This document shows positions 9,117 to 17,349 of a stretch of DNA of 40,189 nt, piece by piece. Origin of the DNA: an uncultured Muribaculaceae bacterium (GTDB lineage Bacteria; Cyanobacteriota; Vampirovibrionia; Gastranaerophilales; Gastranaerophilaceae); contig CAZTVM010000004.1 of NCBI GenBank assembly GCA_964617065.1, positions 1 to 40,189 of the forward strand. The letters are read 5' to 3'. The translations under genes were made by a program, and so were the position numbers. Position 1 is the stretch's first letter. Every line of letters starts with the position of its first letter. The notes below the pieces were generated by a model. The model was not told the DNA's origin. It did no database searches and saw nothing but the letters and a program-made list of their open reading frames with translations.

Positions 9117-9947
9117 CTAAAATCCTACTGTTTCCGTCTTTACATCTAGTATAGTATTTTCTTTTTTGAGTGATTTTTGGTAATTTACTTGGATTTTTCT
9201 AAATACAGCCGGATAATTATCAAAAGATGGTGTCGAAATATGGTAAATACCTCTTTTATCCTGCACTACCTCATCAGCGTCAAAATGACCTGACGCAATT
9301 AAAACAACATTTTTATGTTTATTCAAAACAGCCTGATATTTGTCAGGTTCCCGTGTAGAATACCTGTAGTCGTTGTTAGGCAAATTTATTGGAAAATGCT
9401 GAAAAATCAAAACTTTTTTACGGCAATTCATTCTCAATGTTTTGTCGAGCCATACCAAAGTACTGGCGCTGTAAGAGCCTCTTGGACTTTTCATTCGTGG
9501 CTGTGAACCGTCGAGGATTATTACTAAAAAATCTTTGTTAAATTTCGCTTCATAATTAGATAATTCAGTTAATTGGTTTTGATTTTTAGCGCTCAAGTAA
9601 ATCATATAATCGCTTTTCGACATACCATTTACTAAATGAACATCATTTTCGCCAAGCGCAACGTAATAAGGGATTTTTAGTTCTTTGATTATTTTACAAA
9701 AAAGTTTTAATTCTTCTTTTTTCGAATTTTCTATATTGTCGCCTGTGAATACAATCAAATCAATATCTTCGTACGAGTTCATTTCTTCGACAAATTGCTT
9801 CAATTTTTGAGAGTTTCTTGCATTTTCCATATCAGAACACAAAGACGAAATATTAACATCTGTGACTTGAACTACGTTAATCGTTTCAGCAAACGCTGAC
9901 AAAGATGAAACAAATAAAATTGCAATTATTACAAAAAACTTTTTCAT
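9117..9947 (-). CDS. Secreted calcineurin-like metallophosphoesterase
   Basis: Sec-type signal peptide MKKFFVIIAILFVSSLSAFA. Metallophosphoesterase blocks DLIVFTGDN, GENDVH and ASGHFD. Confidence 0.75.
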   Translation of the reverse strand: MKKFFVIIAILFVSSLSAFAETINVVQVTDVNISSLCSDMENARNSQKLKQFVEEMNSYEDIDLIVFTGDNIENSKKEELKLFCKIIKELKIPYYVALGENDVHLVNGMSKSDYMIYLSAKNQNQLTELSNYEAKFNKDFLVIILDGSQPRMKSPRGSYSASTLVWLDKTLRMNCRKKVLIFQHFPINLPNNDYRYSTREPDKYQAVLNKHKNVVLIASGHFDADEVVQDKRGIYHISTPSFDNYPAVFRKIQVNYQKSLKKENTILDVKTETVGF

Positions 9948-10114
9948 AAAATAATTTTATCATATTTTTCAATGATTGAAGTATAAAAATTTTACGCACC
10001 TTACTCGCAGAAACATTGAACTGCTCAACAAAAATTTTAAACGAGATGTTTTATTATAAAAAACAAATATTTTGATGTAAAATAATAAAAAACATAGTTT
10101 AACGAGGAAAAATA

Positions 10115-11128
10115 ATGTCGCATAATATTACACTGATACCAGGAGACGGAATAGGACCGGAAATAGCAAACAGCGTTGTTGAAATTATTGAAAAAAGTGG
10201 ATTGAAAATTAATTGGGATATTCAAAACGCCGGTGCTGATGTTGCAGAAAAAGAAGGCTCACCACTTCCAATAAGAGTAGTAAATTCAATAAAGAAAAAC
10301 AAAATTGCGCTTAAAGCTCCTGTAACTACCCCGATAGGCAAAGGCTTCCGTAGTGTTAACGTGCAACTGCGAAAAGAATTAGATTTATATGCAAATCTAC
10401 GTCCATGTAAGAATCTTGTAGGAATTAAAACAAGGTTCGACAACGTAGATATCGTGGTTGTTCGTGAAAATACAGAAGACTTATACGCTGGTATAGAACG
10501 ACAAATTGATGAAGAAACAGCTGAATCTATCAAAATTATTACGAAAAAAGCGTCATTGCGAATTGCGAAATTTGCATTTGATTATGCTGTAAAAAATAAC
10601 CGCAAGACAGTAACGGCGGTGACAAAAGCTAATATTTGCAAACTTACAGATGGGCTGTTTTTAAATTGCGCTCGTGAAATAGCTGCGAAATATCCACAGA
10701 TAGAGTATAAGGAAATTTTAGTCGATAATTTATGCATGCAACTCGTTCAAAATCCTGAAAAATTTGATGTTTTAGTTTTACCAAACCTATATGGAGATAT
10801 AGTTTCAGACTTAACTGCTGGCTTAATCGGCGGCTTGGGTGTCGCTCAAGGCGCAAATATAGGGCTAGAAGCGGCTGTATTCGAACCTGTGCACGGCTCT
10901 GCACCTGATATAAAAGGGAAAAATGTGGCTAATCCTACGGCACTTTTACTTTCTGCAATTATGATGTTGAAATATATAAACGAAAATGCTTACGCTGAAA
11001 ATATCGAAAATGCGCTGTTTAAAACTCTTGAAAATAAAGATTTTTTAACTCCTGATTTGGGCGGAAAAGCGACTACTCAAGATTTTACGTCTGCTGTTAT
11101 CAACAACCTTGAAAAAGTTGAGGTGTAA
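10115..11128 (+). CDS. Isocitrate/homoisocitrate dehydrogenase of the NAD-dependent IDH3-like branch (isocitrate/isopropylmalate dehydrogenase family)
   Basis: ITLIPGDGIGPEI N-terminus. GFRSVNVQLRKELDLYANLRPC and VVVRENTEDLYAGIE closely mirror the IDH3-type blocks. GAGGAAAAATA SD. Confidence 0.8.
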   Translation: MSHNITLIPGDGIGPEIANSVVEIIEKSGLKINWDIQNAGADVAEKEGSPLPIRVVNSIKKNKIALKAPVTTPIGKGFRSVNVQLRKELDLYANLRPCKNLVGIKTRFDNVDIVVVRENTEDLYAGIERQIDEETAESIKIITKKASLRIAKFAFDYAVKNNRKTVTAVTKANICKLTDGLFLNCAREIAAKYPQIEYKEILVDNLCMQLVQNPEKFDVLVLPNLYGDIVSDLTAGLIGGLGVAQGANIGLEAAVFEPVHGSAPDIKGKNVANPTALLLSAIMMLKYINENAYAENIENALFKTLENKDFLTPDLGGKATTQDFTSAVINNLEKVEV

Positions 11129-11749
11129 ATGAAATTAGCTGTTTTTGATTTTGATTCGACCTTGATGGATGGGGAGACACTTGAATTTTTGGCAAAGGAA
11201 TTTAATTTACATGCGCAAATTAAAGAAATTACAGACAAAGCTATGCAAGGTAAATTAGATTTTTTCGAAAGTTTAACATACCGTGTTTCACTGCTGAAAG
11301 GTTTGTCGGTTGCGAAAGTCAATGAAATCTGTTCTGATTTACCATTGATGAATGGTGCAACTGAAACAGTCACTGAACTAAAAAAAATGGGTTATAAAGT
11401 CATTTGTTTTTCAGGCGGTTTCAAAAATGCAACAATCCCTGCTATGAAAAAAATAGGTTACGATGGAGAATTTTCAAATATTTTCCATGAAAAATCAGGA
11501 TTACTTACAGGACTCGTTGGTGGTGAGATGATGTTCAATTTCAGCAAAGGTGAAATGCTGAAAAATTTGCAAAAAATTCTTTGCGTAACAAAGGAAAATA
11601 CGCTCGTAATCGGTGATGGCGCAAATGATATCTCTATGTTCAGGCATGCAGGTTTGAAAGTCGCTTTTTGTGCAAAAGATGTTCTTAAAAAAGAAGCCAA
11701 TATTATTGTAACTGAAAAAGACTTAACTCAAATTTTGTCAAAAATCTAG
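11129..11749 (+). CDS. serB: Phosphoserine phosphatase (HAD superfamily, SerB type)
   Basis: HAD motif I DFDSTL at the N-terminus, motif IV GDGANDISM. The ATG directly abuts the stop of the preceding gene (TAAATG). Confidence 0.75.
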   Translation: MKLAVFDFDSTLMDGETLEFLAKEFNLHAQIKEITDKAMQGKLDFFESLTYRVSLLKGLSVAKVNEICSDLPLMNGATETVTELKKMGYKVICFSGGFKNATIPAMKKIGYDGEFSNIFHEKSGLLTGLVGGEMMFNFSKGEMLKNLQKILCVTKENTLVIGDGANDISMFRHAGLKVAFCAKDVLKKEANIIVTEKDLTQILSKI

Positions 11750-11889
11750 ATTGCATTGCAACAAAACTGATTTCAAAACAGCTGTAAAGTTTTGTAACAA
11801 ATAACGATTTTTCTTAATTAATTATTAAAGTTTTAATTGTTTTGGACGATATAAAATTTATCAATCAGGATAAAAACAAGGAGATGCAA

Positions 11890-12297
11890 ATGTCAAATAT
11901 AACACCGGAATTCAACTTTCGTCCTAAAGTAACTATCGACAAAGACGACTCAAAGTCTAAAAATCAGCCAACTAATGACAAAGCCGAAGAACAAGGCAAT
12001 ACTTCTTCATCTCAAAAAACTGTTGCACCTGAAATAGCTATGGACTATCTTGCTAACATTGGTTCGTTGAATATGGTTTCTACTGCGCAACCATCAGTTG
12101 CTGAGGCTATGCTTGCAAGTGGCAATATTAAAGTTTCTCCGGAAGAAGAAGCTCGTATAGAAGATTTTATAAGTACTATAGATGAGTTATATGATAAAAT
12201 TTATCCTGAAGTTGATGAAATTCTTGGTGATAGCACGTCAAATGCGGCAAAGCAAGAATTAGCTTGGCTGACAATGGGGTCATTACTCAACGTTTAG
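11890..12297 (+). CDS. Hypothetical protein (135 aa), disordered polar N-terminal half
   Basis: The ATG at 11890 has an AAGGAG SD 6 nt upstream. The ORF-track TTG at 11842 has no SD. I recognise no family. Confidence 0.5.
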   Translation: MSNITPEFNFRPKVTIDKDDSKSKNQPTNDKAEEQGNTSSSQKTVAPEIAMDYLANIGSLNMVSTAQPSVAEAMLASGNIKVSPEEEARIEDFISTIDELYDKIYPEVDEILGDSTSNAAKQELAWLTMGSLLNV

Positions 12298-12314
12298 GTA
12301 TAACGAACATCAAT

Positions 12315-12352
12315 AAAAAAGCCGTGTACAGAATTGTCACGGCTTTTGTTTT
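12315..12352. terminator. Bidirectional rho-independent terminator between convergent genes
   Basis: GCCGTG / CACGGC stem (12321-12343), flanked by an A-run on one side and a T-run on the other. It therefore reads as hairpin plus U-tract on both strands. It lies between the 135-aa ORF and ileS. Confidence 0.8.
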
Positions 12353-12368
12353 ATATTTTTTATTGATT

Positions 12369-15194
12369 TTAAGAATTTATTGCCTCATAACAGTCTTTGC
12401 AAATCGTCGGATAACCGGTTTCTGTACCTAATTTCCTGTATTTCCAACATCTTTCACATTTTTCGCCTTCTGCTTTTGTGACAATTATTGAATATTCTTC
12501 TTCCTTGTATTCATTTAAAACATCACTTTCAGGTTGTTCGTTTATATAAGCTTGAGAAACTATAAATATGTTGCATAAATCAGCTTCGTTTTTGTTTAAA
12601 ATTTCTAAATTTTTATCAGTATTTATGTAAACTGCGACTTCAAGAGAACTTCCGACTTTTTTATCGGCTCTGAGCGGTTCAATTGCACGAGTTACTATTT
12701 CACGCAATTTTAAAATTTCGCTAAACTCAGCATCAATTTGCGAATTATCCCAATCCGGAGTTACTTTAGCTTTGTTCAGCAACAAAACGCTTTCAACATT
12801 GTCTTTTTGTTCAGTGATAATATTTTGCCAAATATCTTCAGCTTGATGAGGCATTACAGGAACTAAAATTCTTACTAATGTTTGAGAAATCTCATAAAGC
12901 ACTGTTTGACAAGCTCTGCGAGAAAGTGATTTTTTACCTGCCGTATAAAGTCTATCTTTCACGATATCCAAGTAAAATGAGCTTAAATCTACTGCCGCAA
13001 AGTTTTGCAAATGTTGAAAATATTTATAAAATTCGTAAGAACCAAATGAGTCTTCGACATTTCTGATTAAAATATTTAATTTATGCAAAGCGAATTTGTC
13101 TATGCTTTTCAGATTTTCGTATTTAACGTAATCAGTTTTAGGGTCAAAGTCATAAATATTGCCGAGTAAAAATCTTGCAGTATTCCTTGTTTTTTTGAAA
13201 ATTTCAACCAATTGTTTGATGATTGTATCTCCGATTTTTATATCATTTCTGTAATCAACAGAAGCCGCCCAAAGACGTAGAACATCTGCACCGTAAATCT
13301 TTATGATATCTTGAGGCACAATGACATTTCCTAATGATTTACTCATTTTACGACCGTCGCCGTCGAGGACAAAGCCATGAGTCAAGACTTCTTTGTAGGG
13401 CGCTTTGCCTTTCGTCGCAACAGAAGTGAGTAAAGATGATTGGAACCAACCTCTGTGTTGGTCGGAGCCTTCGAGATACATCTCAACAGGTAATTCTCCT
13501 AATTCTTCTGAACGTTTAGCGACTACTGCTCTGTGAGTGACTCCTGAATCGAACCAAACGTCCATAATATCTGTTTCTTTTTTGAAATTTGAGCCGTTAC
13601 ATTTTGGACATTTGAAATCTGCAGGCATTAATTCTTTTTCCGTATAATTTACCCATGCGTCAGAACTTTCTTTTTCGAAAAGTTTTGCGACATGTTCAAT
13701 AGTTTCGTCATTAACAATAACTTCGCCACAATCTTTACAATAAAATACAGGGATAGGCACTCCCCATGCTCGTTGGCGGGAAATGCACCAGTCAGAACGC
13801 ATTTCAACCATGTTTGAAATACGACTTTCTCCTGATGATGGTATCCATTTAACTTTTTTGATTTCATCAAGAACTTGTTGTTTAAATTTTTTAACTTTGA
13901 CAAACCATTGGTCAGTTGCTCTGAAAATTACAGGTTTTTTGCAGCGCCAGCAATGTGGGTAGCTGTGAACGATGTCTTTTTTACCTAACAAAACATTTGC
14001 ATTTTCCAGATGTTCAATAACGATATTATTTCCTTTGCTGTAGTGTATTCCTTCCATATCGGGGACTTGATTGGTCCAACAGCCTTTTGCATCTATTGGC
14101 GAAAATACTTCAATACCATATTTTAATCCTATTTCCCAGTCTTCAACACCATGTCCGGGTGCTGTATGAACGCAACCTGTACCGGATTCAGCTGTAACGT
14201 GGTCACCCAAGATTATCGGACTAGTGACTTCAGGGTAAAGTGGGTGAGTCGTTTCAAATCCTTCTAATTCAGCGCCTTTAATATCAGCTAGAACAGTAAT
14301 TTCAGGTTGTTCCCAACCTAAATCTGCTAAAACAGAAGAAATTAAATCAGTTGCAATTACATAGACATCATTACCTCGCTGTATCAGTGAATAATTTAGA
14401 CGTGCATTCAAGCATATTGCACGATTAGATGGAATTGTCCAAGGTGTGGTGGTCCATATAATAGCGTATAGAGGTTTATCAGTTTTTAAATTCGTTTTTT
14501 GATAAATTGTTTTTTCATCGTTTTCTTTGAATTTGAATTTGACGTAAATACTTGTCGTTGTGTGGTCTGCGTATTCAACTTCAGCTTCTGCTAATGCTGT
14601 TTCACAGTCTGTGCACCAGTATACAGCTTTCAAGCCTTTTTCTACATAACCTTTTTTAAACATTTCACCGAAAACTCGAATTTGCTCAGCCTCAAATTCA
14701 GAAGCTATTGTGACATAAGGGTGTTCCCAATTGCCTAATATACCTAATCTTTTGAAATTAGTTGCTTGACCATTAAGGTTCTTCATCGCAAACTCTCTAC
14801 ATTTTTGTCTTAATTCGTATGGCGTAATGGCTGAACGACCGCCTTTTATGTTTTTCACAACGGCATTTTCTATCGGCAAACCATGCCCATCATAACCTGG
14901 GACGTATGGCGAATAACAACCGCATTGAGTTTTGTATCGAATTATTATGTCTTTTAAAATCTTGTTCAAAGCGTGTCCTATATGGATTTTTTCTGAACTT
15001 AAATATGGTGGACCGTCGTGTAATATAAATTTATTGTTTTTATCACATTTCGCATTTATTTTTTCATAAATATTATTTTCTGCCCAAAATCTTTGAGTTT
15101 CAATTTCTTTTACGGCTGCGTTTGCTCGCATTTCAAGTGTCGTTTTGACCAAATTTAATGTGTCTTTATATTCTGTTTTTTCTGCGTTACTCAT
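12369..15194 (-). CDS. ileS: Isoleucyl-tRNA synthetase
   Basis: 941 aa. HIGH motif (IHIGHALNK), KMSKS motif (RKMSKSLGN), CP1 editing-domain-sized insertion, C-terminal Zn-finger cysteines (CERCW...CKDC). AGAGGGAAATT SD. Confidence 0.95.
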   Translation of the reverse strand: MSNAEKTEYKDTLNLVKTTLEMRANAAVKEIETQRFWAENNIYEKINAKCDKNNKFILHDGPPYLSSEKIHIGHALNKILKDIIIRYKTQCGCYSPYVPGYDGHGLPIENAVVKNIKGGRSAITPYELRQKCREFAMKNLNGQATNFKRLGILGNWEHPYVTIASEFEAEQIRVFGEMFKKGYVEKGLKAVYWCTDCETALAEAEVEYADHTTTSIYVKFKFKENDEKTIYQKTNLKTDKPLYAIIWTTTPWTIPSNRAICLNARLNYSLIQRGNDVYVIATDLISSVLADLGWEQPEITVLADIKGAELEGFETTHPLYPEVTSPIILGDHVTAESGTGCVHTAPGHGVEDWEIGLKYGIEVFSPIDAKGCWTNQVPDMEGIHYSKGNNIVIEHLENANVLLGKKDIVHSYPHCWRCKKPVIFRATDQWFVKVKKFKQQVLDEIKKVKWIPSSGESRISNMVEMRSDWCISRQRAWGVPIPVFYCKDCGEVIVNDETIEHVAKLFEKESSDAWVNYTEKELMPADFKCPKCNGSNFKKETDIMDVWFDSGVTHRAVVAKRSEELGELPVEMYLEGSDQHRGWFQSSLLTSVATKGKAPYKEVLTHGFVLDGDGRKMSKSLGNVIVPQDIIKIYGADVLRLWAASVDYRNDIKIGDTIIKQLVEIFKKTRNTARFLLGNIYDFDPKTDYVKYENLKSIDKFALHKLNILIRNVEDSFGSYEFYKYFQHLQNFAAVDLSSFYLDIVKDRLYTAGKKSLSRRACQTVLYEISQTLVRILVPVMPHQAEDIWQNIITEQKDNVESVLLLNKAKVTPDWDNSQIDAEFSEILKLREIVTRAIEPLRADKKVGSSLEVAVYINTDKNLEILNKNEADLCNIFIVSQAYINEQPESDVLNEYKEEEYSIIVTKAEGEKCERCWKYRKLGTETGYPTICKDCYEAINS

Positions 15195-15283
15195 AATTTC
15201 CCTCTAGCTTAATCCTTTGTTAATATTATTTTAGTACAAAAAATATTTTTTACGTAATCTGTCTTTAAATTATTAAAAATAAT

Positions 15284-15292
15284 TGCTATAAT
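15284..15292 (+). promoter_or_regulatory. Extended -10 promoter element TGcTATAAT placed 6 nt before the kinase ATG
   Basis: TGC at 15284-15286, TATAAT at 15287-15292, ATG at 15299. No purine-rich SD lies in the 6 intervening nt (TCTTTT). Confidence 0.5.
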
Positions 15293-15298
15293 TCTTTT

Positions 15299-16030
15299 AT
15301 GCAAGATATTGAACAGACATATTTAGATTTTATTTCGACGGTGAGTCATGAGTTGCGCACCCCACTTACTAGTATAAGGGGTTTTGCTGACACGCTTTTG
15401 ACTTCTCGTGAGCAACTTTCTGATGAGCAAAAAGAAAAATTTTTACATATCATCAAAGACCAATCTAATAGGCTAATTAAGCTTGTAGAAAATCTTTTGG
15501 CTATTTCTAAAATGCAATCGAGTAATTCTCTTTTGATTTTCAAAATACTTGACGTAAAATCTGTAATTGAGCAAACTGTTCAAATTGTCAAAAATCAATA
15601 CAAAAATCATAATTATGAAATAAATATAGATAAAAACGCACCGCAAATTTATGTTGATGTTGATAAATTTCAACAAATCATGGTCAACTTAGTCGAAAAT
15701 GCTGCGAAATATTCTAATCCTAAAACAATAGTAAAAATTGCAGCTAAAAGTAAAAATGAAAATCTTTCTATAACGGTTACTGACGAAGGTATCGGTGTTG
15801 AAGCTGAAAATATGACCAAAATATTTGATAAATTTTCCAGAATTGATAATCCCTTGACCAGAAAAACTCAAGGAAGCGGACTCGGACTTTTTATTACTAA
15901 ACAATTGGTTGAACAAATGAATGGGTCTATTAGTGTGAAAAATAACGAGGTCGGTTGTACTTTTGAATTACTGTTTCCTATATTTACTCCTGAATTACAC
16001 GCAAAAGCAAAATTGAAAGAGTTGCTATAA
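15299..16030 (+). CDS. Sensor-less histidine kinase (DHp plus HATPase_c core only)
   Basis: H-box FISTVSHELRTPLTSIRGF begins at residue about 11. N-box VNLVENAAKYS, G1 DEGIGV, G2 GSGLGLFI. No TM, PAS, HAMP or GAF region precedes the H-box. Confidence 0.85.
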   Translation: MQDIEQTYLDFISTVSHELRTPLTSIRGFADTLLTSREQLSDEQKEKFLHIIKDQSNRLIKLVENLLAISKMQSSNSLLIFKILDVKSVIEQTVQIVKNQYKNHNYEINIDKNAPQIYVDVDKFQQIMVNLVENAAKYSNPKTIVKIAAKSKNENLSITVTDEGIGVEAENMTKIFDKFSRIDNPLTRKTQGSGLGLFITKQLVEQMNGSISVKNNEVGCTFELLFPIFTPELHAKAKLKELL

Positions 16031-17346
16031 TGCTAAAGCAAGTTATTTTGATTATAGATAAAAGAGTAGAGCTTTCTACAAAATACAAAAAAATACTCGA
16101 ACAAATGGGGTTTACGGTTTTTTGTGAAAGTACTATTGCTGCTTCACTCGATATATTGACAAAGTATGAGCCTGATTTAATACTAATTTCTGATAGTCTT
16201 GAAAAAAATATAGCGGACACGTGCAAAAAAATCAGAATTTTAAGTTACACGTTTAGACCGGTGATGATAGCACTTTCAAAGTCGACTCACATGCCTGATA
16301 AACTCGATACTTTGAACTCAGGAGCAGATGATTTTTTGAGTGAGCCAATTGATACAGACGAGTTCAAGGCTCGTATAAATGCTCACATTCGTAGACACAC
16401 GGAAAATAATGTTAATCCGGTTACTCAACTTTATGATGCGAAAATCTCTTTTCAGTATTTGAGACGATTGTTGCTGACTCCACATGAAAATTTTTATGCA
16501 ATGCTCGTGGATATAGATAACTATGAATTTTATAGAGAGATATACGGAGAAATTGCCGCAGATAAAATGTTACAGACTTATCAGGCGATAATAACTTCTG
16601 TGCTAGAGAAAGATGACTATCTCGGTCATGTCGGAACGAATGATTTTTTAATAGTAACGAAATCTGACAAAGTTGAAAAATTAGCCTCATATTTTACGTA
16701 CGCTTTTGATATGATTGCAGAAAAATTCTATTCAAACGAAGATATTTCGCACAAATATATGTTGTTACAAAATGATGAAAAAGATGGGAAACCTATTTCG
16801 CTTGTATCTACCAGTATAGGTATTGTCAGTAATAGGTACAAAAATTTTACGACAGTAAAGCATCTTATGAGTTCGCTTATTTCTGTATTGCAGTTGGCTA
16901 AAACAGACGCAAAATCTAAATATATTTACGAACGCCCGAAAATAGCCTCAAATGACATTATTGAACAAGAAGATTATAATAAAAATATTTTAATTATAGA
17001 GCCCGACGGAGCGTTGGCTTTTTTGTTGTATACAGCAGCTTCTATTCAAGGATATAATCCCAAAATTCTTGAAAATTTTGACGATTTATTTGAGGCAATA
17101 GAAAATTTTACTCCTGCAGTCGTTATTATTGACGCAGGTAGTGACAACAATTTTGTGGGGCTTAATTTTTGCAAAAAAATAAAAGCTGACACCTCTTTCA
17201 GTAAAATTAAAATTATAGTTACAGCAATAGTTCACGACAAAATCAGCGTACTCGATGCCGGTGCTGATGTTTATTTGCCGAAACCTTATGAGTTGACAAC
17301 GATTTTTACGTGGATAAAAAAACTCGTTTCTGATTACAACAATTAA
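16030..17346 (+). CDS. Response-regulator-like protein: degenerate REC - degenerate GGDEF-like domain - canonical REC
   Basis: The ATG overlaps the kinase stop (TAATG). The N-terminal REC has DK instead of DD, and E (codon 16342-16344) where the conserved Lys sits (GADDFLSEP). The middle domain aligns to GGDEF but has GTNDF (16633-16647) in place of GG[DE]EF. The C-terminal REC keeps D (VVIID), T (IIVTA) and K (YLPKP). Confidence 0.75.
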   Translation: MLKQVILIIDKRVELSTKYKKILEQMGFTVFCESTIAASLDILTKYEPDLILISDSLEKNIADTCKKIRILSYTFRPVMIALSKSTHMPDKLDTLNSGADDFLSEPIDTDEFKARINAHIRRHTENNVNPVTQLYDAKISFQYLRRLLLTPHENFYAMLVDIDNYEFYREIYGEIAADKMLQTYQAIITSVLEKDDYLGHVGTNDFLIVTKSDKVEKLASYFTYAFDMIAEKFYSNEDISHKYMLLQNDEKDGKPISLVSTSIGIVSNRYKNFTTVKHLMSSLISVLQLAKTDAKSKYIYERPKIASNDIIEQEDYNKNILIIEPDGALAFLLYTAASIQGYNPKILENFDDLFEAIENFTPAVVIIDAGSDNNFVGLNFCKKIKADTSFSKIKIIVTAIVHDKISVLDAGADVYLPKPYELTTIFTWIKKLVSDYNN

Positions 17347-17349
17347 CGC

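Noticed and set aside
15195-15298. Possible T-box or other leader upstream of ileS.
   Set aside because: The spacer is only about 100 nt and is shared with a divergent promoter. It is too short for a T-box, and I saw no specifier-loop or T-box consensus and no terminator/antiterminator pair.
15415-15440. CTGATGAG ... GAAA string resembling a hammerhead ribozyme core.
   Set aside because: It lies inside the kinase coding frame (LSDEQKEKF), and no flanking helices can be drawn.
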